64,000 nucleotides of DNA, from the NCBI GenBank assembly GCA_964016885.1, contig OZ024744.1, positions 133,610,001 through 133,674,000 on the forward strand, given 5' to 3'. Shown here one piece after another: positions 38,301 to 51,784 of this stretch. A program made the translations under genes and the position numbers. The stretch is from Eledone cirrhosa (Eukaryota). A model generated the notes under the pieces. That model was not told where the DNA came from and ran no database searches. It saw only the letters and a program-made list of their open reading frames with translations. Within the stretch, counting starts at the first letter, position 1, and every line of letters begins with the position of its first letter.

Positions 38301-41300
38301 TTAAGTTAAGTTGGGGTTAAGTTAAGTTGGTGTTAAGTTAAGTTGGGGCTAAGTTAAGTTGGGGCTGAGTTAAGTTGGGGCTGAGTTAAGTTGGGGTTAA
38401 GTTAAGTTGGGGTTGAGTTAAGTTGGGGTTAAGTTAAGTTGGGGTCAAGTTAAGTTGGGGTTAAGTTAAGTTAGGTTTAAGTTAAGTTGGGGTTAAGTTA
38501 AGTTGGGGTTACGTTAAGTTGGTGTTAAGTTAAGTTGGGGTTAATTTAAGTTGGGGTTAATTAAGTTGGGGTTAAGTTAAGTTGGGGTTAAGTTAAGTTG
38601 GGGTTAATTTAAGTTGGGGTTGAGTTAAGTTGGGGTTAAGTTAAGTTGGGGTTATATTAAGTTGGGGTTAAGTTAAGTTGGGGTTCAGTTAAGTTGGGGA
38701 TAAGTTAAGTTGGGGTTAAGTTAAGTTGGGGTTAAGTTAAGTTGGGGTTAAGTTAAGTTGGTGTTAAGTTAAGTTGGGGCTAAGTTAAGTTGGGGCTGAG
38801 TTAAGTTGGGGCTGAGTTAAGTTGGGGTTAAGTTAAGTTGGGGTTGAGTTAAGTTGGGGTTAAGTTAAGTTGGGGTTAAGTTAAGTTGGGGTTAAGTTAA
38901 GTTGGGGTTAATTTAAGTTGGGGTTCAGTTAAGTTGGGGTTCAGTTAAGTTGGGGATAAGTTAAGTTGGGGTTAAGTTAAGTTGGGGTTAAGTTAAGTTG
39001 GGGTTAAGTTAAGTTGGTGTTAAGTTAAGTTGGGGCTAAGTTAAGTTGGGGCTGAGTTAAGTTGGGGCTGAGTTAAGTTGGGGTTAAGTTAAGTTGGGGT
39101 TGAGTTAAGTTGGGGTTAAGTTAAGTTGGGGTCAAGTTAAGTTGGGGTTAATTTGGGGTTAAGTTAAGTTAGGTTTAAGTTAAGTTGGGGTTAAGTTAAG
39201 TTGGGGTTACGTTAAGTTGGTGTTAAGTTAAGTTGGGGTTAATTTAAGTTGGGGTTAATTAAGTTGGGGTTAAGTTAAGTTGGGGTTAAGTTAAGTTGGG
39301 GTTAATTTAAGTTGGGGTTGAGTTAAGTTGGGGTTAAGTTAAGTTGGGGTTATATTAAGTTGGGGTTAAGTTAAGTTGGGGTTCAGTTAAGTTGGGGATA
39401 AGTTAAGTTGGGGTTAAGTTAAGTTGGGGTTAAGTTAAGTTGGGGTTAAGTTAAGTTGGTGTTAAGTTAAGTTGGGGCTAAGTTAAGTTGGGGCTGATTT
39501 AAGTTGGGGCTGAGTTAAGTTGGGGTTAAGTTAAGTTGGGGTTGAGTTAAGTTGGGGTTAAGTTAAGTTGGTGTTAAGTTAAGTTGGGGCTAAGTTAAGT
39601 TGGGGCTGAGTTAAGTTGGGGCTGAGTGAAGTTGGGGTTAAGTTAAGTTGGGGTTGAGTTAAGTTGGGGTTAAGTTAAGTTGGGGTCAAGTTAAGTTGGG
39701 GTTAAGTTGGGGTTAAGTTAAGTTAGGTTTAAGTTAAGTTGGGGTTAAGTTAAGTTGGGGTTAAGTTAAGTTGGGGTTAAGTTAAGTTGGGGTTAAGTTA
39801 AGTCGGGGTTAAGTTAAGTCGGGGTTAAGTTAAGTTAGGGTTCAGTTAAGTTGGGGTTAAGTTAAGTTGGGGTTGAGTTAAGTTGGGGTTGAGTTAAATT
39901 GGGGTTGAGTTAAGTTGGGGTTGAGTTAAGTTGGTGTTGAGTTAAGTTGGGGTTAAGTTAAGTTGGGGTTAAGTTAAGTTGGGGTTAATTTAAGTTGGGG
40001 TTCAGTTAAGTTGGGGTTCAGTTAAGTTGGGGATAAGTTAAGTTGGGGTTAAGTTAAGTTGGGGTTAAGTTAAGTTGGGGTTAAGTTAAGTTGGTGTTAA
40101 GTTAAGTTGGGGCTAAGTTAAGTTGGGGCTGAGTTAAGTTGGGGCTGAGTTAAGTTGGGGTTAAGTTAAGTTGGGGTTGAGTTAAGTTGGGGTTAAGTTA
40201 AGTTGGGGTCAAGTTAAGTTGGGGTTAAGTTGGGGTTAAGTTAAGTTAGGTTTAAGTTAAGTTGGGGTTAAGTTAAGTTGGGGTTACGTTAAGTTGGTGT
40301 TAAGTTAAGTTGGGGTTAATTTAAGTTGGGGTTAATTAAGTTGGGGTTAAGTTAAGTTGGGGTTAAGTTAAGTTGGGGTTAATTTAAGTTGGGGTTGAGT
40401 TAAGTTGGGGTTAAGTTAAGTTGGGGTTATATTAAGTTGGGGTTAAGTTAAGTTGGGGTTCAGTTAAGTTGGGGATAAGTTAAGTTGGGGTTAAGTTAAG
40501 TTGGGGTTAAGTTAAGTTGGGGTTAAGTTAAGTTGGTGTTAAGTTAAGTTGGGGCTAAGTTAAGTTGGGGCTGAGTTAAGTTGGGGCTGAGTTAAGTTGG
40601 GGTTAAGTTAAGTTGGGGTTGAGTTAAGTTGGTGTTAAGTTAAGTTGGGGTTAAGTTGGGGTTAAGTTAAGTTGGTGTTAAGTTAAGTTGGGGCTAAGTT
40701 AAGTTGGGGCTGAGTTAAGTTGGGGCTGAGTGAAGTTGGGGTTAAGTTAAGTTGGGGTTAAGTTAAGTTGGGGTTAAGTTAAGTTGGGGTCAAGTTAAGT
40801 TGGGGTTAAGTTGGGGTTAAGTTAAGTTAGGTTTAAGTTAAGTTGGGGTTAAGTTAAGTTGGGGTTAAGTTAAGTTGGGGTTAAGTTAAGTTGGGGTTAA
40901 GTTAAGTTGGGGTTAAGTTAATTTGTGGTTAAGTTAAGTTGGGGTTAAGTTAAGTTGGGGTTAAGTTAAGTTGGGGTTAATTTAAGTCGGGGTTAAGTTA
41001 AGTTGGGGTTAAGTTAAGTTGGGGTTAATTTAAGTTGGGGTTAAGTTAAGTTGGGGCTAATTTAAGTTGGGGTTAAGTTAAGTTGGGGTTAAGTTAAGTT
41101 GGGGTTAAGTTAAGTTGAGGTTAAGTTAAGTTGGGGTTAAATTAAGTTGGGGTTAAGTTAAGTTGGGGTTAAGTTAAGTTGGGGTTGAGTTAAGTTGGGG
41201 CTAAGTTAAGTTGGGGCTGAGTTAAGTTGGGGCTGAGTTAAGTTGGGGTTAAGTTAAGTTGGGGTTGAGTTAAGTTGGGGTTAAGTTAAGTTGGGGTCAA

Positions 41301-44300
41301 GTTAAGTTGGGGTTAAGTTGGGGTTAAGTTAAGTTGGGGTTAAGTTAAGTTGGGGTTAAGTTAAGTCGGGGTTAAGTTAAGTTGGGGTTAAGTTAAGTTG
41401 GGGTTAATTTAAGTTGGGGTTAAGTTAAGTTGGGGTTAAGTTAAGTTGGGGTTAAGTTAAGATGGGGTTAAGTTAAGTTGGGGTTAAGTTAAGTTGAGGT
41501 TAAGTTAAGTTGGGGTTAAATTAAGTTGGGGTTAAGTTAAGTTGGGGTTAAGTTAAGTTGGGGTTAAGTTAAGTTGGGGATAAGTTAAGTTGGGGATAAT
41601 TTAAGTTGGGGTTAAGTTAAGTTGGGTTTAAGTTAAATTGGGGTTAAGTTAAGTTGGGGTTAAGTTAAGTTGGGGTTAAGTTAAGTTGGGGTTAAGTTAA
41701 GTTGGGGTTAAGTTAAGTTGGGGCTAAGTTAAGTTGGGGCTGAGTTAAGTTGGGGTTAAGTTAAGTTGGGGTTAAGTTAAGTTGGGGTTAAGTTAAGTTG
41801 GGGTTTATTTAAGTTGGGGTTAATTTAAGTTGGGGTTCAGTTAAGTTGGGGTTAAGTTAAGTTGGGGTTAAGATGGGGTTAAATTAAGTTGGGGTTAAGT
41901 TAAGTTGGGGTTAAGTTAAGTTGGGGTTAAGTTAAGTTGGGGTTAAGTTAAGTCGGGGTTATGTTAAGTCGGGGTTAAGTTAAGTTAGGGTTCAGTTAAG
42001 TTGGGGTTAAGTTAAGTTGGGGTTGAGTTAAGTTGGGGTTGAGTTAAATTGGGGTTGAGTTAAGTTGGGGTTGAGTTAAGTTGGTGTTGAGTTAAGTTGG
42101 GGTTAAGTTAAGTTGGGGTTAAGTTAAGTTGGGGTTAATTTAAGTTGGGGTTCAGTTAAGTTGGGGTTCAGTTAAGTTGGGGATAAGTTAAGTTGGGGTT
42201 AAGTTAAGTTGGGGTTAAGTTAAGTTGGGGTTAAGTTAAGTTGGTGTTAAGTTAAGTTGGGGCTAAGTTAAGTTGGGGCTGAGTTAAGTTGGGGCTGAGT
42301 TAAGTTGGGGTTAAGTTAAGTTGGGGTTGAGTTAAGTTGGGGTTAAGTTAAGTTGGGGTCAAGTTAAGTTGGGGTTAAGTTGCGGTTAAGTTAAGTTAGG
42401 TTTAAGTTAAGTTGGGGTTAAGTTAAGTTGGGGTTACGTTAAGTTGGTGTTAAGTTAAGTTGGGGTTAATTTAAGTTGGGGTTAATTAAGTTGGGGTTAA
42501 GTTAAGTTGGGGTTAAGTTAAGTTGGGGTTAATTTAAGTTGGGGTTGAGTTAAGTTGGGGTTAAGTTAAGTTGGGGTTATATTAAGTTGGGGTTAAGTTA
42601 AGTTGGGGTTCAGTTAAGTTGGGGATAAGTTAAGTTGGGGTTAAGTTAAGTTGGGGTTAAGTTAAGTTGGGGTTAAGTTAAGTTGGTGTTAAGTTAAGTT
42701 GGGGCTAAGTTAAGTTGGGGCTGAGTTAAGTTGGGGCTGAGTTAAGTTGGGGTTAAGTTAAGTTGGGGTTGAGTTAAGTTGGGGTTAAGTTAAGTTGGGG
42801 TTAAGTTAAGTTGGGGTTAAGTTAAGTTGGGGTTAATTTAAGTTGGGGTTCAGTTAAGTTGGGGTTCAGTTAAGTTGGGGATGAGTTAAGTTGGGGTTAA
42901 GTTAAGTTGGGGTTAAGTTAAGTTGGGGTTAAGTTAAGTTGGTGTTAAGTTAAGTTGGGGCTAAGTTAAGTTGGGGCTGAGTTAAGTTGGGGCTGAGTTA
43001 AGTTGGGGTTAAGTTAAGTTGGGGTTGAGTTAAGTTGGGGTTAAGTTAAGTTGGGGTCAAGTTAAGTTGGGGTTAAGTTGGGGTTAAGTTAAGTTAGGTT
43101 TAAGTTAAGTTGGGGTTAAGTTAAGTTGGGGTTACGTTAAGTTGGTGTTAAGTTAAGTTGGGGTTAATTTAAGTTGGGGTTAATTAAGTTGGGGTTAAGT
43201 TAAGTTGGGGTTAAGTTAAGTTGGGGTTAATTTAAGTTGGGGTTGAGTTAAGTTGGGGTTAAGTTAAGTTGGGGTTATATTAAGTTGGGGTTAAGTTAAG
43301 TTGGGGTTCAGTTAAGTTGGGGATAAGTTAAGTTGGGGTTAAGTTAAGTTGGGGTTAAGTTAAGTTGGGGTTAAGTTAAGTTGGTGTTGAGTTAAGTTGG
43401 GGCTAAGTTAAGTTGGGGCTGAGTTAAGTTGGGGCTGAGTTAAGTTGGGGTTAAGTTAAGTTGGGGTTGAGTTAAGTTGGGGTTAAGTTAAGTTGGGGTT
43501 AAGTTGGGGTTAAGTTAAGTTGGTGTTAAGTTAAGTTGGGGCTAAGTTAAGTTGGGGCTGAGTTAAGTTGGGGCTGAGTGAAGTTGGGGTTAAGTTAAGT
43601 TGGGGTTGAGTTAAGTTGGGGTTAAGTTAAGTTGGGGTCAAGTTAAGTTGGGGTTAAGTTGGGGTTAAGTTAAGTTAGGTTTAAGTTAAGTTGGGGTTAA
43701 GTTAAGTTGGGGTTAAGTTAAGTTGGGGTTAAGTTAAGTTGGGGTTAAGTTAAGTTGGGGTTAAGTTAATTTGTGGTTAAGTTAAGTTGGGGTTAAGTTA
43801 AGTTGGGGTTAAGTTAAGTAGGGGTTAATTTAAGTCGGGGTTAAGTTAAGTTGGGGTTAAGTTAAGTTGGGGTTAAGTTAAGTTGAGGTTAAGTTAAGTT
43901 GGGGTTAAATTAAGTTGGGGTTAAGTTAAGTTGGGGTTAAGTTAAGTTGGGGTTAAGTTAAGTTGGGGATAAGTTAAGTTGGGGATAGTTTAAGTTGGGG
44001 TTAAGTTAAGTTGGGTTTAAGTTAAGTTGGGGTTAAGTTAAGTTGGGGATAAGTTAAGTTGGGGTTAAGTTAAGTTGGGGTTAAGTTAAGTTGAGGTTAA
44101 GTTAAGTTGGGGCTAAGTTAAGTTGGGGCTGAGTTAAGTTGGGGTTAAGTTAAGTTGGGGTTAAGTTAAGTTGGGGTTAATTTAAGTTGGGGTTTATTTA
44201 AGATGGGGTTACGTTAAGTTGGTATTAAGTTAAGTTGGGGTTAATTTAAGTTGGGGTTAATTAAGTTGGGGTTAAGTTAAGTTGGGGTTAAGTTAAGTTA

Positions 44301-44926
44301 GGGCTAAGTTAAGTTGGGGCTGAGTTAAGTTGGGGTTAAGTTAAGTTGGGCTTAATTTAAGTCGGGGTTAAGTTAAGTTAGGGTTCAGTTAAGTTGGGGT
44401 TAAGTTAAGTTGGGGTTGAGTTAACTTGGGGTTGAGTTAAATTGGGGTTGAGTTAAGTTGGGGTTGAGTTAAGTTGGTGTTGAGTTAAGTTGGGGTTAAG
44501 TTAAGTTGGGGTTAAGTTAAGTTGCAGTTATGTTAAGTTGAGGTTAAGTTAAGGTGCGGTTATGTTAAGTTGGGGTTAAGTTAAGTTGGGGCTAAGTTAA
44601 GTTGGGGCTAAGTTAAGTTGGGGCTAAGTTAAGTTGGGGTTAAGTTAAGTTGGGGTTAAGTTAAGTCGGGGTTAAGTTAAGTTGGGGTTAAGTTAAGTTG
44701 GGGTTAATTTAAGTTGGGGTTAAGTTAAGTTGGGGTTAAGTTAAGTTGGGGTTAAGTTAAGTTGGGGTTAAGTTAAGTTGGGGTTAAGTTAAGTTGGTTA
44801 GTTAAGTTGAGTTTAAGTTAAGTTGGGGTTAATTTAAGTTGGGGTTAAGTTATGTTGGGGTTAAGTTAAGTTGGGGTTTAGTTAAGTTGGGGTTAAGTTA
44901 AGTTGGGGTTAAGTTAAGTTGGGGTT

Positions 44927-45099
44927 AACCCCATCTTAACTTAACCCCAACTTCACTCAACCCCAACTTAACTCAACCCCAACTTAACTTAACCCCAACT
45001 TCACTCAACCCCAACTTAACTTAACCCCAACTTCACTCAACCACAACTTCCAACTTGACTTAACCCCAACTTAACTTAGCCCCAACTTAACTTAAGCCC
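44927..45099 (-). repeat. Inverted satellite block, copy 4 (173 bp)
   Basis: Same junctions. Carries variants CCCCATCTTAAC and AACTTAACTC. Confidence 0.97.
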
Positions 45100-47886
45100 T
45101 AAGTCGGGGTTAAGTTAAGTTGGCGTTAAGTTAAGTTAGGCTTAACTTAAGTTGGGGTTCAGTTAAGTTGGGGGTAAGTTAAGTTGGGGGTAAGTTAAGT
45201 TGGGGTTAAGTTAAGTTGCGGTTAAGTTGGGGTTAAGTTAAGTTAGGGTTAAGTTAAGTTGGGGTTGAGTTAAGTTGGGGTTAATTAAGTGGTGGTTATG
45301 TTAAGTTGGGGTTAAGTTAAGTTGGGGTTAATTTAAATTGGGGTTAAGTTAACTTTGTGGTTAATTTAAGTTGGGGTTAAGTTAAGTTGGGGTTAAGTTG
45401 GGGTTGAGTTAAGTTGGGGTTGAGTGAAGTTGGGGTTAAGTTAAGTTGGGGTTAAGTTAAGTTGGGGTTAAGTTAGGTCGGGGTTAAGTTAAGTTGTGGT
45501 TGAGTTAAGTTGGGGTTAATTTAAGTTGGGGCTAAGTTAATTTGTGGTTAAGTTAAGTTGGGGTTAAGTTAAGTTGGGGTTAAGTTAAGTTGGGGTTGAG
45601 TTAAGTTGGGGTTGAGTTAATTTGGGGTTAAGTTAAGTTGGGGTTAAATTAAGTTGGGGTTAAATTAAGTTGGGGTTAAGTTACGTTGGGGGTAAGTTAA
45701 GTTGGGGGCAAGTTAAGTTGGGGTTAATTTAAGTTGGGGTTAAATTAAGTTGGGGTTACGTTAAGTTGGTGTTAAGTTAAGTTGGGGTTAATTTAAGTTG
45801 GGGTTAATTAAGTTGGGGTTAAGTTAAGTTGGGGTTAAGTTAAGTTGGGGTTAATTTAAGTTGGGGTTGAGTTAAGTTGGGGTTAAGTTAAGTTGGGGTT
45901 ATATTAAGTTGGGGTTAAGTTAAGTTGGGGTTCAGTTAAGTTGGGGATAAGTTAAGTTGGGGTTAAGTTAAGTTGGGGTTAAGTTAAGGTGGGGTTAAGT
46001 TAAGTTGGTGTTAAGTTAAGTTGGGGCTAAGTTAAGTTGGGGCTGAGTTAAGTTGGGGCTGAGTTAAGTTGGGGTTAAGTTAAGTTGGGGTTGAGTTAAG
46101 TTGGGGTTAAGTTAAGTTGGGGTCAAGTTAAGTTGGGGTTAAGTTGGGGTTAAGTTAAGTTGGGGTTAAGTTAAGTTGGGGTTAAGTTAAGTCGGGGTTA
46201 AGTTAAGTTGGGGTTAAGTTAAGTTGGGGTTAATTTAAGTTGGGGTTAAGTTAAGTTGGGGTTAAGTTAAGTTGGGGTTAAGTTAAGATGGGGTTAAGTT
46301 AAGTTGGGGTTAAGTTAAGTTGAGGTTAAGTTAAGTTGGGGTTAAATTAAGTTGGGGTTAAGTTAAGTTGGGGTTAAGTTAAGTTGGGGTTAAGTTAAGT
46401 TGGGGATAAGTTAAGTTGGGGATAATTTAAGTTGGGGTTAAGTTAAGTTGGGTTTAAGTTAAGTTGGGGTTAAGTTAAGTTGGGGTTAAGTTAAGTTGGG
46501 GTTAAGTTAAGTTGGGGTTAAGTTAAGTTGGGGTTAAGTTAAGTTGGGGTTAATTTAAGTTGGGGTTCAGTTAAGTTGGGGTTCAGTTAAGTTGGGGATA
46601 AGTTAAGTTGGGGTTAAGTTAAGTTGGGGTTAAGTTAAGTTGGGGTTAAGTTAAGTTGGTGTTAAGTTAAGTTGGGGCTAAGTTAAGTTGGGGCTGAGTT
46701 AAGTTGGGGCTGAGTTAAGTTGGGGTTAAGTTAAGTTGGGGTTGAGTTAAGTTGGGGTTAAGTTAAGTTGGGGTCAAGTTAAGTTGGGGTTAAGTTGGGG
46801 TTAAGTTAAGTTAGGTTTAAGTTAAGTTGGGGTTAAGTTAAGTTGGGGTTACGTTAAGTTGGTGTTAAGTTAAGTTGGGGTTAATTTAAGTTGGGGTTAA
46901 TTAAGTTGGGGTTAAGTTAAGTTGGGGTTAAGTTAAGTTGGGGTTAATTTAAGTTGGGGTTGAGTTAAGTTGGGGTTAAGTTAAGTTGGGGTTATATTAA
47001 GTTGGGGTTAAGTTAAGTTGGGGTTCATTTAAGTTGGGGATAAGTTAAGTTGGGGTTAAGTTAAGTTGGGGTTAAGTTAAGTTGGTGTTAAGTTAAGTTG
47101 GGGCTAAGTTAAGTTGGGGCTGAGTTAAGTTGGGGCTGAGTTAAGTTGGGGTTAAGTTAAGTTGGGGTTGAGTTAAGTTGGGGTTAAGTTAAGTTGGGGT
47201 TAAGTTAAGTTGGGGTTAAGTTAAGTTGGTGTTAAGTTAAGTTGGGGCTAAGTTAAGTTGGGGCTGAGTTAAGTTGGGGCTGAGTGAAGTTGGGGTTAAG
47301 TTAAGTTGGGGTTGAGTTAAGTTGGGGTTAAGTTAAGTTGGGGTCAAGTTAAGTTGGGGTTAAGTTAAGTTGGGGTTGAGTTAACTTGGGGTTGAGTTAA
47401 ATTGGGGTTGAGTTAAGTTGGGGTTGAGTTAAGTTGGTGTTGAGTTAAGTTGGGGTTAAGTTAAGTTGGGGTTAAGTTAAGTTGCAGTTATGTTAAGTTG
47501 AGGTTAAGTTAAGGTGCGGTTATGTTAAGTTGGGGTTAAGTTAAGTTGGGGCTAAGTTAAGTTGGGGCTAAGTTAAGTTGGGGCTAAGTTAAGTTGGGGT
47601 TAAGTTAAGTTGGGGTTAAGTTAAGTCGGGGTTAAGTTAAGTTGGGGTTAAGTTAAGTTGGGGTTAATTTAAGTTGGGGTTAAGTTAAGTTGGGGTTAAG
47701 TTAAGTTGGGGTTAAGTTAAGTTGGGGTTAAGTTAAGTTGGGGTTAAGTTAAGTTGGTTAGTTAAGTTGAGTTTAAGTTAAGTTGGGGTTAATTTAAGTT
47801 GGGGTTAAGTTATGTTGGGGTTAAGTTAAGTTGGGGTTTAGTTAAGTTGGGGTTAAGTTAAGTTGGGGTTAAGTTAAGTTGGGGTT

Positions 47887-48059
47887 AACCCCATCTTAAC
47901 TTAACCCCAACTTCACTCAACCCCAACTTAACTCAACCCCAACTTAACTTAACCCCAACTTCACTCAATCCCAACTTAACTTAACCCCAACTTCACTCAA
48001 CCACAACTTCCAACTTGACTTAACCCCAACTTAACTTAGCCCCAACTTAACTTAAGCCC
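47887..48059 (-). repeat. Inverted satellite block, copy 5 (173 bp)
   Basis: Same junctions. Shares CCCCATCTTAAC with copy 4 and has a private CAATCCC. Confidence 0.97.
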
Positions 48060-51000
48060 TAAGTCGGGGTTAAGTTAAGTTGGCGTTAAGTTAAGTTAGG
48101 CTTAACTTAAGTTGGGGTTCAGTTAAGTTGGGGGTAAGTTAAGTTGGGGGTAAGTTAAGTTGGGGTTAAGTTAAGTTGCGGTTAAGTTGGGGTTAAGTTA
48201 AGTTAGGGTTAAGTTAAGTTGGGGTTGAGTTAAGTTGGGTTTAATTAAGTGGTGGTTATGTTAAGTTGGGGTTAAGTTAAGTTGGGGTTAATTTAAATTG
48301 GGGTTAAGTTAACTTTGTGGTTAATTTAAGTTGGGGTTAAGTTAAGTTGGGGTTAAGTTGGGGTTGAGTTAAGTTGGGGTTGAGTGAAGTTGGGGTTAAG
48401 TTAAGTTGGGGTTAAGTTAAGTTGGGGTTAAGTTAGGTCGGGGTTAAGTTAAGTTGTGGTTGAGTTAAGTTGGGGTTAATTTAAGTTGGGGCTAAGTTAA
48501 TTTGTGGTTAAGTTAAGTTGGGGTTAAGTTAAGTTGGGGTTAAGTTAAGTTGGGGTTGAGTTAAGTTGGGGTTGAGTTAATTTGGGGTTAAGTTAAGTTG
48601 GGGTTAAATTAAGTTGGGGTTAAATTAAGTTGGGGTTAAGTTACGTTGGGGGTAAGTTAAGTTGGGGGCAAGTTAAGTTGGGGTTAATTTAAGTTGGGGT
48701 TAATTAAGTTGGGGTTAAGTTAAGTTGGGGTTAAGTTAAGTTGGGGTTAATTTAAGTTGGGGTTGAGTTAAGTTGGGGTTAAGTTAAGTTGGGGTTATAT
48801 TAAGTTGGGGTTAAGTTAAGTTGGGGTTCAGTTAAGTTGGGGATAAGTTAAGTTGGGGTTAAGTTAAGTTGGGGTTAAGTTAAGGTGGGGTTAAGTTAAG
48901 TTGGTGTTAAGTTAAGTTGGGGCTAAGTTAAGTTGGGGCTGAGTTAAGTTGGGGCTGAGTTAAGTTGGGGTTAAGTTAAGTTGGGGTTGAGTTAAGTTGG
49001 GGTTAAGTTAAGTTGGGGTCAAGTTAAGTTGGGGTTAAGTTGGGGTTAAGTTAAGTTGGGGTTAAGTTAAGTTGGGGTTAAGTTAAGTCGGGGTTAAGTT
49101 AAGTTGGGGTTAAGTTAAGTTGGGGTTAATTTAAGTTGGGGTTAAGTTAAGTTGGGGTTAAGTTAAGTTGGGGTTAAGTTAAGATGGGGTTAAGTTAAGT
49201 TGGGGTTAAGTTAAGTTGAGGTTAAGTTAAGTTGGGGTTAAATTAAGTTGGGGTTAAGTTAAGTTGGGGTTAAGTTAAGTTGGGGTTAAGTTAAGTTGGG
49301 GATAAGTTAAGTTGGGGATAATTTAAGTTGGGGTTAAGTTAAGTTGGGTTTAAGTTAAGTTGGGGTTAAGTTAAGTTGGGGTTAAGTTAAGTTGGGGTTA
49401 AGTTAAGTTGGGGTTAAGTTAAGTTGGGGTTAAGTTAAGTTGGGGTTAATTTAAGTTGGGGTTCAGTTAAGTTGGGGTTCAGTTAAGTTGGGGATAAGTT
49501 AAGTTGGGGTTAAGTTAAGTTGGGGTTAAGTTAAGTTGGGGTTAAGTTAAGTTGGTGTTAAGTTAAGTTGGGGCTAAGTTAAGTTGGGGCTGAGTTAAGT
49601 TGGGGCTGAGTTAAGTTGGGGTTAAGTTAAGTTGGGGTTGAGTTAAGTTGGGGTTAAGTTAAGTTGGGGTCAAGTTAAGTTGGGGTTAAGTTGGGGTTAA
49701 GTTAAGTTAGGTTTAAGTTAAGTTGGGGTTAAGTTAAGTTGGGGTTACGTTAAGTTGGTGTTAAGTTAAGTTGGGGTTAATTTAAGTTGGTGTTAAGTTA
49801 AGTTGGGGTTAAGTTAAGTTGGGGTTAATTTAAGTTGGGGTTGAGTTAAGTTGGGGTTAAGTTAAGTTGGGGTTATATTAAGTTGGGGTTAAGTTAAGTT
49901 GGGGTTCATTTAAGTTGGGGATAAGTTAAGTTGGGGTTAAGTTAAGTTGGGGTTACGTTAAGTTGGTGTTAAGTTAAGTTGGGGTTAATTTAAGTTGGCG
50001 TTAAGTTAAGTTGGGGTTAAGTTAAGTTGGGGTTAATTTAAGTTGGGGTTGAGTTAAGTTGGGGTTAAGTTAAGTTGGGGTTATATTAAGTTGGGGTTAA
50101 GTTAAGTTGGGGTTCATTTAAGTTGGGGATAAGTTAAGTTGGGGTTAAGTTAAGTTGGGGTTAAGTTAAGTTGGTGTTAAGTTAAGTTGGGGCTAAGTTA
50201 AGTTGGGGCTGAGTTAAGTTGGGGCTGAGTTAAGTTGGGGTTAAGTTAAGTTGGGGTTGAGTTAAGTTGGGGTTAAGTTAAGTTGGGGTTAAGTTAAGTT
50301 GGGGTTAAGTTAAGTTGGTGTTAAGTTAAGTTGGGGCTAAGTTAAGTTGGGGCTGAGTTAAGTTGGGGCTGAGTGAAGTTGGGGTTAAGTTAAGTTGGGG
50401 TTGAGTTAAGTTGGGGTTAAGTTAAGTTGGGGTCAAGTTAAGTTGGGGTTAAGTTGGGGTTAAGTTAAGTTAGGTTTAAGTTAAGTTGGGGTTAAGTTAA
50501 GTTGGGGTTAAGTTAAGTTGGGGTTAAGTTAAGTTGGGGTTAAGTTAAGTTGGGGTTAAGTTAATTTGTGGTTAAGTTAAGTTGGGGTTAAGTTAAGTTG
50601 GGGTTAAGTTAAGTTGGGGTTAATTTAAGTCGGGGTTAAGTTAAGTTGGGGTTAAGTTAAGTTGGGGTTAATTTAAGTTGGGGTTAAGTTAAGTTGGGGC
50701 TAATTTAAGTTGGGGTTAAGTTAAGTTGGGGTTAAGTTAAGTTGGGGTTAAGTTAAGTTGAGGTTAAGTTAAGTTGGATTAAATTAAGTTGGGGTTAAGT
50801 TAAGTTGGGGTTAAGTTAAGTTGGGGTTAAGTTAAGTTGGGGATAAGTTAAGTTGGGGATAGTTTAAGTTGGGGTTCAGTTAAGTTGGGTTTAAGTTAAG
50901 TTGGGGTTAAGTTAAGTTGGGGATAAGTTAAGTTGGGGTTAAGTTAAGTTGGGGTTAAGTTAAGTTGGGGTTAAGTTAAGTTGGGGCTAAGTTAAGTTGG

Positions 51001-51784
51001 GGCTGAGTTAAGTTGGGGTTAAGTTAAGTTGGGGTTAAGTTAAGTTGGGGTTAATTTAAGTTGGGGTTTATTTAAGATGGGGTTATGTTAAGTTGGTGTT
51101 AAGTTAAGTTGGGGTTAATTTAAGTTGGGGTTAATTAAGTTGGGGTTAAGTTAAGTTGGGGTTAAGTTAAGTTAGGGCTAAGTTAAGTTGGGGCTGAGTT
51201 AAGTTGGGGTTAAGTTAAGTTGGGCTTAATTTAAGTCGGGGTTAAGTTAAGTTAGGGTTCAGTTAAGTTGGGGTTAAGTTAAGTTGGGGTTGAGTTAAGT
51301 TGGGGTTGAGTTAAATTGGGGTTGAGTTAAGTTGGGGTTGAGTTAAGTTGGTGTTGAGTTAAGTTGGGTTTAAGTTAAGTTGGGGTTAAGTTAAGTTGCA
51401 GTTAAGTTAAGTTGAGGTTAAGTTAAGGTGCGGTTATGTTAAGTTGGGGTTAAGTTAAGTTGGGGCTAAGTTAAATTGGGGCTAAGTTAAGTTGGGGCTA
51501 AGTTAAGTTGGGGTTAAGTTAAGTTGGGGTTAAGTTAAGTCGGGGTTAAGTTAAGTTGGGGTTAAGTTAAGTTGGGGTTAATTTAAGTTGGGGTTAAGTT
51601 AAGTTGGGGTTAAGTTAAGTTGGGGTTAAGTTAAGTTGGGGTTAAGTTAAGTTGGTTAGTTAAGTTGAGTTTAAGTTAAGTTGGGGTTAATTTAAGTTGG
51701 GGTTAAGTTATGTTGGGGTTAAGTTAAGTTGGGGTTAAGTTAAGTTGGGGTTAAGTTAAGTTGGGGTTAAGTTAAGTTGGGGTT

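Larger units (their letters stand above)
44400..50450 (+). repeat. Tandem duplication, unit ~2,960 bp, carrying inversion copies 4 and 5
   Basis: An offset of 2,960 bp is seen for the inversions (44927/47887), GCAGTTATG (44524/47484) and GGGGTTTAGTT (~44873/47833). A TTCATTTAAG marker is shared (47026, 49907, 50115). Confidence 0.85.
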
